Shown here: in pieces, positions 19,212 to 28,286 of the stretch
How positions within the stretch are numbered: position 1 is the stretch's first letter
How the letters are laid out: each line of letters starts with the position of its first letter
Assembly (NCBI GenBank): GCA_963668315.1
Contig: OY764216.1
Span: 4,160,001 to 4,224,000, forward strand
Direction: 5' to 3'
DNA length: 64,000 bases
Source of the DNA: Spirochaetia bacterium
GTDB lineage: Bacteria > Spirochaetota > Spirochaetia > DSM-2461
Made by a program: the position numbers and the translations under genes
The notes under the pieces: generated by a model
Seen by the model: only the letters and a program-made list of their open reading frames with translations
What the model was told of the DNA's origin: nothing
Databases searched by the model: none

Positions 19212-20315
19212 ATGAAGGGATCAGTCGGTTTTCTGATACTCCTTCTCTTCGGTTTCCCCTTTTTTCTGAGTCCTTCCGGTCTTGACGAACCTTCCCTGTC
19301 CCTGAACCGTAACAGCCGAAGCGAAGGGCCGGCCGGAAAGGAAGGAAATGAAATGATAAGCCCCGATTCATCGATCGGAAAGATCAAAAACGGTTTTTCC
19401 GCCGTACGCTATGAAGGGGATTACGGATTCGATGCCTTTCTCAATCAGGGGGGAGCCGCTTCCGACAGGGAGGTCCTCGCTTTTCTGAGGGGAAACCTCC
19501 TGGCCGGCGCCGACGGTCTGAGCTTCGATGGCGGCCAGTTCGGATGCAGCACCATTTCCGTCCCCTCCCCAGAGGGGGGATTCTACTTCGGGAGAAATTT
19601 CGACTGGCAGAAATGCGACATCATGGTCATTGAGTCGGTTCCCCCCCGGGGATACAGATCCATCTCCACGGTCAATCTTGACTTCATCCGTCAGGCAACC
19701 CGGGGAGCCATGGCTTTTCTGCCCGACCGGGTTCTCACCATAGCGGGTCTCTATGCTCCCCTTGACGGGATGAACGAAAAAGGCCTCTGTGTCGCCGTGA
19801 ATATGATAGAGGACTATGAATCCCCGGATCAGGATTCGGGCAGACCGGATATCACCACGACCACCGCCATAAGGCTCCTTCTGGACAGGGCAGCCGATGT
19901 GGAAGAGGCTCTGGAACTTCTGGCTTCCTACGATTTCCATGCCTCCTTCGGCTATGTGGTACATTTTGCCCTGGCCGATGGGGCAGGCAACCGTGCCGTC
20001 GTAGAGTACGTTCACAACGAAATGACCGTGATAGACAGCCCCATATTGACGAATTTCTATCTGTCCGACGGGGATAAACAGGGGGTCGGTTCACGCCAGT
20101 CCCACCGGCGCTTCGAAATACTGGCGGAAGTTTCTGAAGAGGAAACCCCCATGACCGGAAATGAAGTCAGGGATGTACTCAGCAGCGTGAGCAAAAAGAA
20201 TTTTGAAGAGTTTCTTTCCACGGAATGGAGTATCGTCTTTGATCAGAGAAATCTGATCGCACAGTATTATCACCGGGAAGACTACAGCCACAGTTATACC
20301 TTCACCCTGCCCTGA
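19212..20315 (+). CDS. Ntn hydrolase (peptidase C45 / linear amide C-N hydrolase family), exported
   Basis: FG|CSTI autoprocessing site, FGRNFDW, DGMNEKGL, LTNF, TEWS. Confidence 0.85.
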   Translation: MKGSVGFLILLLFGFPFFLSPSGLDEPSLSLNRNSRSEGPAGKEGNEMISPDSSIGKIKNGFSAVRYEGDYGFDAFLNQGGAASDREVLAFLRGNLLAGADGLSFDGGQFGCSTISVPSPEGGFYFGRNFDWQKCDIMVIESVPPRGYRSISTVNLDFIRQATRGAMAFLPDRVLTIAGLYAPLDGMNEKGLCVAVNMIEDYESPDQDSGRPDITTTTAIRLLLDRAADVEEALELLASYDFHASFGYVVHFALADGAGNRAVVEYVHNEMTVIDSPILTNFYLSDGDKQGVGSRQSHRRFEILAEVSEEETPMTGNEVRDVLSSVSKKNFEEFLSTEWSIVFDQRNLIAQYYHREDYSHSYTFTLP

Positions 20316-20342
20316 CGGCAGAAAGAGAAAGAGAGAGGACCG

Positions 20343-21701
20343 TTGAAATATTTATATCTGCTATCAAATCTGTTCCTTCTTAAGGGAAATATGAAAAAAG
20401 ACAGAAAAGGGATAGAAGAGCTTCAGGAGAAAAAACTGAGAAAACTCCTGAGACATGCTTATACCCAATCCCCTTTCTATCGAAAGAGCTTTCAGGAGAA
20501 GGGAATCACCGAAGAAAATATTGATTCTCTGCCCCTGGACATTTTTCCGACCCTGAATAAGAGCACCTTTCTGGAAAACTTCGGGGAGATTGTCACCTCC
20601 GAAGACCTGAAGCAGGAAGATCTGCGCCTTTTCGATGAAGACCCTTCCAACGAAGGCCGGACATTCAGGGACAGATATCACCTGGTCCACTCCTCGGGAA
20701 GCACGGGAACCCCCCGATATTTCGTGTATGACGAAGAAGCGTGGGATCAGATGCTCCTGGGCATCATACGGGCGGCCCTCTGGGACCTTTCCATTCCGGG
20801 CATGGTCAGACTCCTCTCAAAGGGGATCAGAATTCTCTATATTGCCGCCGTGAAGGGTCGCTACGGCGGAGCGATGGCGGTCGGCGGCGGTGTGGACGGC
20901 CTCAAGGGAAAGCGCCTCTTCATAGACGTGAATACCCCCCTTCACGAATGGGAGGGAAAAATCGATGAATTCAACCCGAACATTATCATCGGATATCCCT
21001 CGGCCCTCAAAATACTGGCGGAACTGACCGAAAAGGGAGACGTGGCCCTCGATGCGGCAAGGGTGATTTCCTGCGGAGAACCGCTCAGTCCCGGGATGAG
21101 ACGTTTTTTTGAGAAAGTCTTCTGCGACAGAGTGGTCAATGTTTACGGAGCGAGCGAATCTCTGGCACTGGGTGTGGAGATTGACAGCACGGACGGTATG
21201 TATCTGTTCGATGACCTGAACATCATAGAAGTGGAAGAGGACAAAATATATCTCACCTCTCTATACAACTTTACCCAGCCCCTGATCCGCTATGAAATAT
21301 CCGATAAACTGGTTCTCCAAGATGAGCCCCGCAGCAAGGCCGGCCCCTTCACCAGGGCCCATGTTCTCCTGAGCCGCAATGAGGATATTCTCTGGTTCGA
21401 GTGCGGGAACCGCCACCGGGATTTTCTCCATCCCCTCGCCATTGAAGGGTTCTGCCTGGAAGGTCTCATAGACTTTCAGTTCCGCCAGACCGGAAAGGAC
21501 AGTTTCGAAATGCTGGCCCAGGTTCCCGACGTAGACAAACGTCCCGCCGTGGAGGCCGAAATGAAAGCGCAGATGGAGGGTATCCTCAGAGAGAAGGGAC
21601 TGAATTATGTCGATTTTTCCCTTCGTTTCATAGATGAGATATTTCCCGATATCCATACGGGTAAAAAATCCCTGATCCTGGGAAATGTACGGAGCGTGTG
21701 A
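20343..21701 (+). CDS. Phenylacetate-CoA ligase-like adenylate-forming enzyme (PaaK/CapK-like)
   Basis: SSGSTGTP, GYPS, CGEPL, YGASE, PLIRYEISD, TGKK. Confidence 0.88.
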   Translation: MKYLYLLSNLFLLKGNMKKDRKGIEELQEKKLRKLLRHAYTQSPFYRKSFQEKGITEENIDSLPLDIFPTLNKSTFLENFGEIVTSEDLKQEDLRLFDEDPSNEGRTFRDRYHLVHSSGSTGTPRYFVYDEEAWDQMLLGIIRAALWDLSIPGMVRLLSKGIRILYIAAVKGRYGGAMAVGGGVDGLKGKRLFIDVNTPLHEWEGKIDEFNPNIIIGYPSALKILAELTEKGDVALDAARVISCGEPLSPGMRRFFEKVFCDRVVNVYGASESLALGVEIDSTDGMYLFDDLNIIEVEEDKIYLTSLYNFTQPLIRYEISDKLVLQDEPRSKAGPFTRAHVLLSRNEDILWFECGNRHRDFLHPLAIEGFCLEGLIDFQFRQTGKDSFEMLAQVPDVDKRPAVEAEMKAQMEGILREKGLNYVDFSLRFIDEIFPDIHTGKKSLILGNVRSV

Positions 21702-22462
21702 TGAAAGAGATACTGCTGAGCGGAAAAAAAGTCTGTAAAACCTTTACACAGGGAGACAGAGATGTACCTGTCCTGAGAGAGATCGATGTGGATATCTACA
21801 AGGGGGACTTTACCATTATCATGGGCCCTTCGGGCGCCGGTAAATCCACTCTTCTCTATGCCCTGAGCGGCATGGAGAAAATCACCGGGGGGCAGATTTT
21901 CTATAAAAACGATGAGATAAGCCGCTACGGGGAGAAAAAGATGGCCGCTCTCCGGGCGGAGGAATTCGGCTTCGTCTTCCAGCAGACCCATCTCATCAGC
22001 AATCTGACTCTCCTGGAAAACGTGGCCGTCGCCGGCTATCTTGATAGAAACAGAACAGAGAAAGAGGTGAATACCCGGGCTAAGGAACTGCTTGGGATGA
22101 TGAACGTGGGGGAAGCGGAAAACCGCCTTCCCGGCCGGACATCCGGGGGTGAGGCCCAGAGAGCGGCCATTGCCCGGTCTATTATCAACAACCCGGGCCT
22201 TCTCTTCGCCGATGAGCCCACGGGAGCCCTCAACCGCAGTAATTCCGACGGCGTTTTCGACCTTCTGACGAAACTCCATGAATCCTCCCAGAGCATCCTT
22301 TTAGTGACCCATGACCTCCGTGCGGCAGTCCGCGGCACGAGGCTCCTCTATCTCGAAGACGGAAAAATCCTCGATGAGCTCTCTCTCCGCCCCTTTCTTC
22401 CGGAAGAAGAGAAGGAACGGAGCGAGCAGATAAGCCGGTGGTTATCCGGGCTTTCCTGGTAG
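21698..22462 (+). CDS. ABC transporter ATP-binding protein (LolD/MacB-type)
   Basis: [31 protein letters not shown]. Confidence 0.95.
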   Translation: MMKEILLSGKKVCKTFTQGDRDVPVLREIDVDIYKGDFTIIMGPSGAGKSTLLYALSGMEKITGGQIFYKNDEISRYGEKKMAALRAEEFGFVFQQTHLISNLTLLENVAVAGYLDRNRTEKEVNTRAKELLGMMNVGEAENRLPGRTSGGEAQRAAIARSIINNPGLLFADEPTGALNRSNSDGVFDLLTKLHESSQSILLVTHDLRAAVRGTRLLYLEDGKILDELSLRPFLPEEEKERSEQISRWLSGLSW

Positions 22463-22474
22463 GGAGGGACGACT

Positions 22475-24820
22475 ATGCGTGACTGGACAATAATCAAAGC
22501 GAATCTGAAACGTCACAGGGGCAGTCTGGGGGGAGTCTTCTTCCTTATGCTGATTGTAACAGCCTCCCTGGGCGCCGTCCTGACAGTACAGACCAATTCC
22601 CGCCATTATATCTATGACGAGATGAACCGTCTCGGCTACGGAGACCTGACCGTGTGGGCGTCGAAAGTTCCCGCGGTAGAGTCCCTCGAAGGGGAAATCG
22701 AAGATCTTCCCGAAGTGGATTCCGTCGGCAGCCAGGCCATTGTCTATGCCCATTATGAACTGCTCGATCAGGAATCCGACAGCGAAGGACAGCTGATAAC
22801 CTACGCCCCGGAGGAGTACGCCTACCGTTTTTTTACCGGTGACCTCACCGGATACACCCCTCCTCCCGGGACGATCCCGCGGGGCGATATTTACGTGTCA
22901 CCCTCCCTGGTATCCATGTTCGGTGCGGCCATAGGCGATGAGATTCATATAATAGCCGCCCGTAACGGAGTCACCCTGTCCTTTGTCATCAGGGGGTTCT
23001 TCGAAGATCCCTATATGGGAAGCACCATGATAGGAATGAAGAGCTTCCTTATCGGGGACGAGGATCACAGGGAACTGGCCCGTCTTTCCCGGGAGGCCGG
23101 GATCGATTCCCTGGCCCGGGAGGGAGCCATGCTCCATATTACCCGCAGCCCTGAAAGCTCCCTGCCCGCCGCCGCTCTGAACGGCCTTCTCAACAGCAGG
23201 ACCTCTCTGCCGCGGTACACGGAGTTCGTCCACAGCCGGGAGGTTCTGGCCGGCTTCATGCTTCTTCTTCAGAATATTTTCTCCGGCCTGATTCTGGCCT
23301 TCGTGCTTATCCTGCTCACGGCGACGGTCATTGTCATGGGCCATGCTCTGGGCAGCACCATAGAGCAGGATACGGCCCAACTGGGAATTCTCAAAACCGC
23401 GGGCTACACCGGGCGAAGACTGCGGAACCAGCAGATATTCCAGTATGCCCTTCCCGTGGTCCTGGGGAGTCTGGCCGGATGCGTCCTCTCCCCCCTTGTA
23501 TCGCAGGAAGTTTCGCGGATGACCCTCACCACAACGGGAGTTCTGATTCCCTGGGATCTGCCCCTGGGGCCCTTCCTCGCGGGATTCCTTGTCATCCTGC
23601 TGATTCTCCTGGGGTTCATCCATCTTAGGACCAGACCGGTACTGGATATCGATCCGGTTTCGGCCATGCAGAAGGGAATTGACGGATACGGGGGAAAATC
23701 CTCTTCCCCCGTGAAAAAAGCAGGAATACGGTTCTGGATGGCCCTGCGTCAGCTCCAATCGGGCAAAAAACACTATGTGAGTGCCCTGCTCATAGCCCTT
23801 CTTCTGGTATTCTTCGCGTCTCTCATAGGCCGGATGAACGCCTGGCTGGGACCGAACGGAGAGGGACTTATGGACGCCTTCAACCCGGCGGATCACGATC
23901 TGGGGGTCCAGATATTCAGCGATCTGAGCCGGGAAGACGTGGAATCGGTCATTACCGGCTTCAGTCCCATAACCGATCAGTACGAGCTGGCCATGGAGAG
24001 CGTAGCCCTGAACGGAGTGGATTACACGGCCAATATCATCACCGATCCGGAACGCTTCCATATTCTGCGGGGAAGAGCGCCCACAGGGGATGACGAGGTT
24101 GTTCTGACGGAGTTTCTCGCTTCCGACCTGGGCCTTTCAATCGGGGACAAAGTGACCCTTTCCGCCGCATCGGGCTCGGATGAATTTGTTATTACCGGCT
24201 TCTACCAGTGCGCCAACGATATGGGGGATAACTTCGGACTGAGCCGGGAGGGATATCTGAAGATCGCCCCCGACGACAGACGCATCTGGTGCGTCCACTA
24301 TTTTCTGGAGGATTCGTCCAGAAGGATCGAGGCGATGGAGAAACTGGAGGAACTCTACAAGGTGGATATCCACGTCCATGAAAACGCCTGGCCCGGTCTC
24401 TACGGAATCATCGCCTCCATGAGAAATCTTATGCTTTTCATGTATGTCACTGCGGCTCTGGTGATTCTTACCGCCCTATCCCTGAGCGGAAGCAAAATCC
24501 TTGCCCGGGAGCAGCGCGATCTGACCATCTACCGGGCCCTGGGATATACCGTCGGAGGTTTGCGGGGCTCCTTTACCCTGCGCTTCCTTCTTGTTTCCGC
24601 GGCAGGCGCCCTGGCCGGGACCCTTCTGAGTTCCCTTTTTACCGATCCCCTGGTCGATCAGGTTATGCGGACAAGCGGCATCAGCGGCTTCTCCTCCCAT
24701 CCGGAGGGAGCGGCCCTGTTGTTTCCCCCCGCCGCCATTATTCTCCTCTTTACCCTCTTTGCCTATCTGATATCGGGCCGGATAAGCCGGATGGAACTGG
24801 CCTCCCTGATCGGGGAATAG
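22475..24820 (+). CDS. ABC transporter permease, double FtsX/MacB-type
   Basis: Two repeats of TM + large loop + 3 TM; GILKTAGYT and IYRALGYT motifs. Confidence 0.9.
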   Translation: MRDWTIIKANLKRHRGSLGGVFFLMLIVTASLGAVLTVQTNSRHYIYDEMNRLGYGDLTVWASKVPAVESLEGEIEDLPEVDSVGSQAIVYAHYELLDQESDSEGQLITYAPEEYAYRFFTGDLTGYTPPPGTIPRGDIYVSPSLVSMFGAAIGDEIHIIAARNGVTLSFVIRGFFEDPYMGSTMIGMKSFLIGDEDHRELARLSREAGIDSLAREGAMLHITRSPESSLPAAALNGLLNSRTSLPRYTEFVHSREVLAGFMLLLQNIFSGLILAFVLILLTATVIVMGHALGSTIEQDTAQLGILKTAGYTGRRLRNQQIFQYALPVVLGSLAGCVLSPLVSQEVSRMTLTTTGVLIPWDLPLGPFLAGFLVILLILLGFIHLRTRPVLDIDPVSAMQKGIDGYGGKSSSPVKKAGIRFWMALRQLQSGKKHYVSALLIALLLVFFASLIGRMNAWLGPNGEGLMDAFNPADHDLGVQIFSDLSREDVESVITGFSPITDQYELAMESVALNGVDYTANIITDPERFHILRGRAPTGDDEVVLTEFLASDLGLSIGDKVTLSAASGSDEFVITGFYQCANDMGDNFGLSREGYLKIAPDDRRIWCVHYFLEDSSRRIEAMEKLEELYKVDIHVHENAWPGLYGIIASMRNLMLFMYVTAALVILTALSLSGSKILAREQRDLTIYRALGYTVGGLRGSFTLRFLLVSAAGALAGTLLSSLFTDPLVDQVMRTSGISGFSSHPEGAALLFPPAAIILLFTLFAYLISGRISRMELASLIGE

Positions 24821-24837
24821 GACCGGGGAGGAACATT

Positions 24838-25464
24838 ATGTTTGAAAATTACCTTATCAAGGGACTGCTCATGGGAATCGCCTTCGGAGTACCCGCCGGA
24901 GCCGTCGGTATCCTGACGATAAAAAACACCCTGGATAGGGGTTTCTTCGCCGGTCTCGTAACGGGCCTGGGATCGTCTGCCGCCGATATGTTTTACGCCT
25001 TCATAACCGTCTTCGGCATATCGGTCCTTTCCGAGTTCCTTCTCTCCTGGCAGACTCCCCTGGGAATCGGAGGAAGCTCTCTGATAATCATCATGGGAAT
25101 TCTGAATATAACGGCAAAGAAGAAAGCCCCCCCATCCCCCGGGTATGAGAAGGCGGGAATGGGCCATTTTATCCCGTCCTTCCTCATCGCCCTTTTGAAT
25201 CCGGCTACCCTGCTCTCCTTTTTCATCGCCTTCGCCGCCTTCGGAATTACGGGACATCTCTCTCCCGGGGAGGGGTTCAAACTCATTCTGGGCATATTAC
25301 TGGGGACATGTTTCTGGTGGATAATACTCAGCGGATCGGTTTCTCTCTTCAGAAAACGGATAACCCCGCTTCTTTACGGAATATTACACCCGATTCTCGG
25401 GACCCTTCTCATTGTCCTGGGAGCGGTGATCATGATTCACTCCATCCATACCCCTCGAGCATAG
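24838..25464 (+). CDS. LysE-family translocator
   Basis: GVPAGAVG, GLGSSAAD, LLNPATL; 6 TM. Confidence 0.9.
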   Translation: MFENYLIKGLLMGIAFGVPAGAVGILTIKNTLDRGFFAGLVTGLGSSAADMFYAFITVFGISVLSEFLLSWQTPLGIGGSSLIIIMGILNITAKKKAPPSPGYEKAGMGHFIPSFLIALLNPATLLSFFIAFAAFGITGHLSPGEGFKLILGILLGTCFWWIILSGSVSLFRKRITPLLYGILHPILGTLLIVLGAVIMIHSIHTPRA

Positions 25465-25514
25465 TTACATATAATAAATAAGTATTGGGCATAATGGCCG
25501 TTTTTTACTATATT
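25448..25514 (+). promoter_or_regulatory. LysR-type activated promoter, copy B
   Basis: ATAC-N7-GCAT (25448-25462), 13 nt, AAATAAGTATTGGGCATA (25476-25493), TTGGGC-18-TATATT. Confidence 0.7.
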
Positions 25515-25601
25515 AGTAGGAAAGAGCGAGGACCCATCGGTTTACAAACAATCTTTTCACGTTTTTTCACAGGCAAATTTCGGGAAAGGGATCATATATG
25601 C

Positions 25602-25632
25602 TTGACCTAGAGTAAGCTCAAGCTGTTAAGTT
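25602..25632 (+). promoter_or_regulatory. MerR-type promoter/operator
   Basis: TTGACC-TAGAGTAAGCTCAAGCTGT(19)-TAAGTT. Confidence 0.8.
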
Positions 25633-25654
25633 ATGAAAAACGAGGTAAAATACA

Positions 25655-26527
25655 ATGGAAATGAGAAAAATTGAACAGGAGATTCTCCAGGGAGAGAGGG
25701 CGCTGTTTCAGCAGGAAAACGTCAGCGTAACCGACTCCATTTTTGAAAACGGAGAATCCCCCCTGAAAGAGTGTCGAAATATCAATGTTTCAAAAAGCGC
25801 CTTCAAATGGAAATATCCCGTCTGGTACAGCAAGGACATCGTTATAAAAAACAGTTCCTGGTTCGAAATGGCCCGGGCCGGTGTCTGGTACACCAATAAC
25901 ATCACCGTGGAAGACAGCGTTATCGAGGCGCCCAAAAACTTCCGCCGCTGCGACGGGGTGAACATGAAAAACGTGAACTTCACCAATGCGGCCGAAACAT
26001 TCTGGAGCTGCCGCAATGTCAAAATGAACAATGTCAGCGCCAAGGGCGACTATTTTGCCATGAACAGTGAGAACCTGACCATCGACGGTCTGAACCTGGT
26101 GGGGGGCTATGCCTTCGACGGGGTGAAGAACATGGAAATCCGCAATGCCAAGATTCTTACGAAGGACGCCTTCTGGAACAGCGAGAACGTGACGGTTTAC
26201 GACTCCTATGTTTCCGGCGAATACCTTGGATGGAACGCGAAAAACCTGACCCTCATCAACTGCACCATAGAGAGCGAGCAGGGTATGTGCTATATCGACA
26301 ATCTGGTAATGAAGAACTGCAAACTCCTCAACACCGATCTCGCCTTTGAGTATTCCACCGTGGAAGCGGATATCAGGGGGCATATCGAAAGCGTGAAGAA
26401 TCCCTCCAGCGGTACGATTAAAGCGGACAGCATCGGGGAAATCATCATGGAGGATGATAAAATCGATCCCTCCAAGACCCGCATCATCTGCGCTTCCAAA
26501 GAGGAAGCCATGAAGGAAGCCATCTGA
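25655..26527 (+). CDS. DUF3737-family beta-helix protein
   Basis: GERALF, GESPLKE, WKYP.W, KDAFWN.ENVTVYDS..GEYLGW, DLAFEYS. Confidence 0.9.
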   Translation: MEMRKIEQEILQGERALFQQENVSVTDSIFENGESPLKECRNINVSKSAFKWKYPVWYSKDIVIKNSSWFEMARAGVWYTNNITVEDSVIEAPKNFRRCDGVNMKNVNFTNAAETFWSCRNVKMNNVSAKGDYFAMNSENLTIDGLNLVGGYAFDGVKNMEIRNAKILTKDAFWNSENVTVYDSYVSGEYLGWNAKNLTLINCTIESEQGMCYIDNLVMKNCKLLNTDLAFEYSTVEADIRGHIESVKNPSSGTIKADSIGEIIMEDDKIDPSKTRIICASKEEAMKEAI

Positions 26528-26561
26528 TCTACCGGACGGTACAAGCCCAGGGGATGAATTT

Positions 26562-27740
26562 ATGAAGTATGATTTTGACAAACCGGTAAAAAGATTCGGT
26601 ACGGACAGTATGAAATGGGATATCGATGAAAAGGAAATTCCCATGTGGGTCGCCGATATGGATTTCCAGACGGCCCCGGAAATACGGGAAGCCTTCGCCG
26701 AACGGATCGATCACGGTGTTTTCGGATACTCCCTTGTTCCCGACGCCTGGTACGAAGCCTACCGCTCATGGTGGAAAAACCGTCACGCCTTTGACATTGA
26801 CAGGGAGTGGCTTATCTTCACCACGGGAGTGGTTCCCGCCATCTCCAGCGCGGTGCGCAAACTGACCACGGTGGGGGAAAATGTCCTTATCCAGAGTCCG
26901 GTCTATAACATATTCTACAACTCCATCGTCAATAACGGAAGGAATGTACAGGAGTGTCCCCTCACCTACGACGGTTTGAACTACTCCCTTGATTTTGCGG
27001 AACTCGAAAAAAAGCTGAAAGATCCCCAGACCTCTCTTATGATCCTGTGTAATCCCCACAATCCCGTCGGGAAAATATGGGACAGGGAAACCTTAAACAG
27101 AGTGGGAGAGCTGTGCCACGATAACAATGTCGTCGTTCTTTCCGATGAGATTCACTGTGATCTGACCGATCCCGGGAAAGAGTATGTCCCTTTCGCTTCG
27201 GTTTCGGAGAAATGCAGGATGAACAGCGTGACATGCCTGGCTCCGACAAAGGCCTTTAACCTTGCCGGACTGCAGACGGCCGCCGTCATGGTGCCGAACG
27301 ACAGGCTGAGGCATAAAATGTACCGCGCCCTTAATACCGATGAAATCGCCGAACCCAACTCCTTCGCCACCCTGGCGGCGATCACGGCATTTACCAGGGG
27401 AGCGGACTGGCTCGATGAGCTGAGGGAGTATCTCCTTGAGAACAAAAAGCTGGTAAGATCCCATATAAAGAGCCAGCTGCCGCGCATAAAGGTGGTCCCC
27501 TCCGAAGCAACCTATCTTCTCTGGCTGGACTGCCGTGATATTACCGGAGACAGTGAAGCCCTGTACGCGCATATCCGGAAGGAAACGGGACTATACCTGA
27601 CCGATGGAGCCCATTACGGATCCGGCGGAGAGGGCTTCCTGCGCATGAATGTGGCCTGTCCCCGTTCTCTTGTGGAAAAAGCCCTGGTTCTGCTGGATGA
27701 GGGAATAAACAGCTATATCAGACTTCAGGGAAAGGCATAG
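26562..27740 (+). CDS. patB: MalY/PatB-family PLP C-S lyase (cystathionine beta-lyase)
   Basis: PMWVADMDF, LCNPHNPVG, SDEIH, PTKAFNLAGL, YLLWLD, RMNVAC. Confidence 0.92.
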   Translation: MKYDFDKPVKRFGTDSMKWDIDEKEIPMWVADMDFQTAPEIREAFAERIDHGVFGYSLVPDAWYEAYRSWWKNRHAFDIDREWLIFTTGVVPAISSAVRKLTTVGENVLIQSPVYNIFYNSIVNNGRNVQECPLTYDGLNYSLDFAELEKKLKDPQTSLMILCNPHNPVGKIWDRETLNRVGELCHDNNVVVLSDEIHCDLTDPGKEYVPFASVSEKCRMNSVTCLAPTKAFNLAGLQTAAVMVPNDRLRHKMYRALNTDEIAEPNSFATLAAITAFTRGADWLDELREYLLENKKLVRSHIKSQLPRIKVVPSEATYLLWLDCRDITGDSEALYAHIRKETGLYLTDGAHYGSGGEGFLRMNVACPRSLVEKALVLLDEGINSYIRLQGKA

Positions 27741-27896
27741 GGCATGAAGCGGAGCTGATGGTTCCCGGGGAGTGCCCGGCAGGTGTTCCCTCCTCCGGAG
27801 AAATTCAGCGTAACCGCAAACGAAGCTTTTCGTGACACCGAGAAGGGAGAATTGATTGAAAAGGGCGAGAATGATTTTTGGGAGGATAAACGGAAT

Positions 27897-28238
27897 ATGA
27901 CGATAAAAGTGACTTCAAAGGGAAAGACGATCCTGTTCACCCTCAATGACAGCCGGGCGGCTGCAGATCTGTACGATCAGCTTCCCCTGACGATTGGGGT
28001 GGAGAATTTCAGCAGCGATGAGAAAATTTTCTATCCGCCCCGGAAACTCAATACAGCCGAGACTCCCAGGGCCAATGCCAAAGTGGGCACCCTGGCTTAT
28101 TACGCTCCCTGGGGAGACGTGGTCATGTTCTACGGGAATTTCGGTTCCGCCTCGGGGCTTTATGAGCTGGGACAGGCCACTTCGGGCGAACAATTCATTA
28201 AAACCATGTCCGGCGAGATCACCATAGAAAAAGAGTAA
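27897..28238 (+). CDS. Cyclophilin-like fold protein
   Basis: LNDS.AA.DL..QLPL, EKIFYPP.KL, YYAPWGDVVMFY; GGAGG RBS before 27897. Confidence 0.85.
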   Translation: MTIKVTSKGKTILFTLNDSRAAADLYDQLPLTIGVENFSSDEKIFYPPRKLNTAETPRANAKVGTLAYYAPWGDVVMFYGNFGSASGLYELGQATSGEQFIKTMSGEITIEKE

Positions 28239-28286
28239 GATCCTTTCAATTGGAATTCGACTTCCCTATCGTGTATATTTATCTTA

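Noticed and set aside
27744..27896. Upstream ATG with an in-frame TGA at 27756 before the cyclophilin-like gene (readthrough or selenocysteine?)
   Set aside because: The extension has no recognisable motif or SECIS, and a strong GGAGG RBS supports the 27897 start
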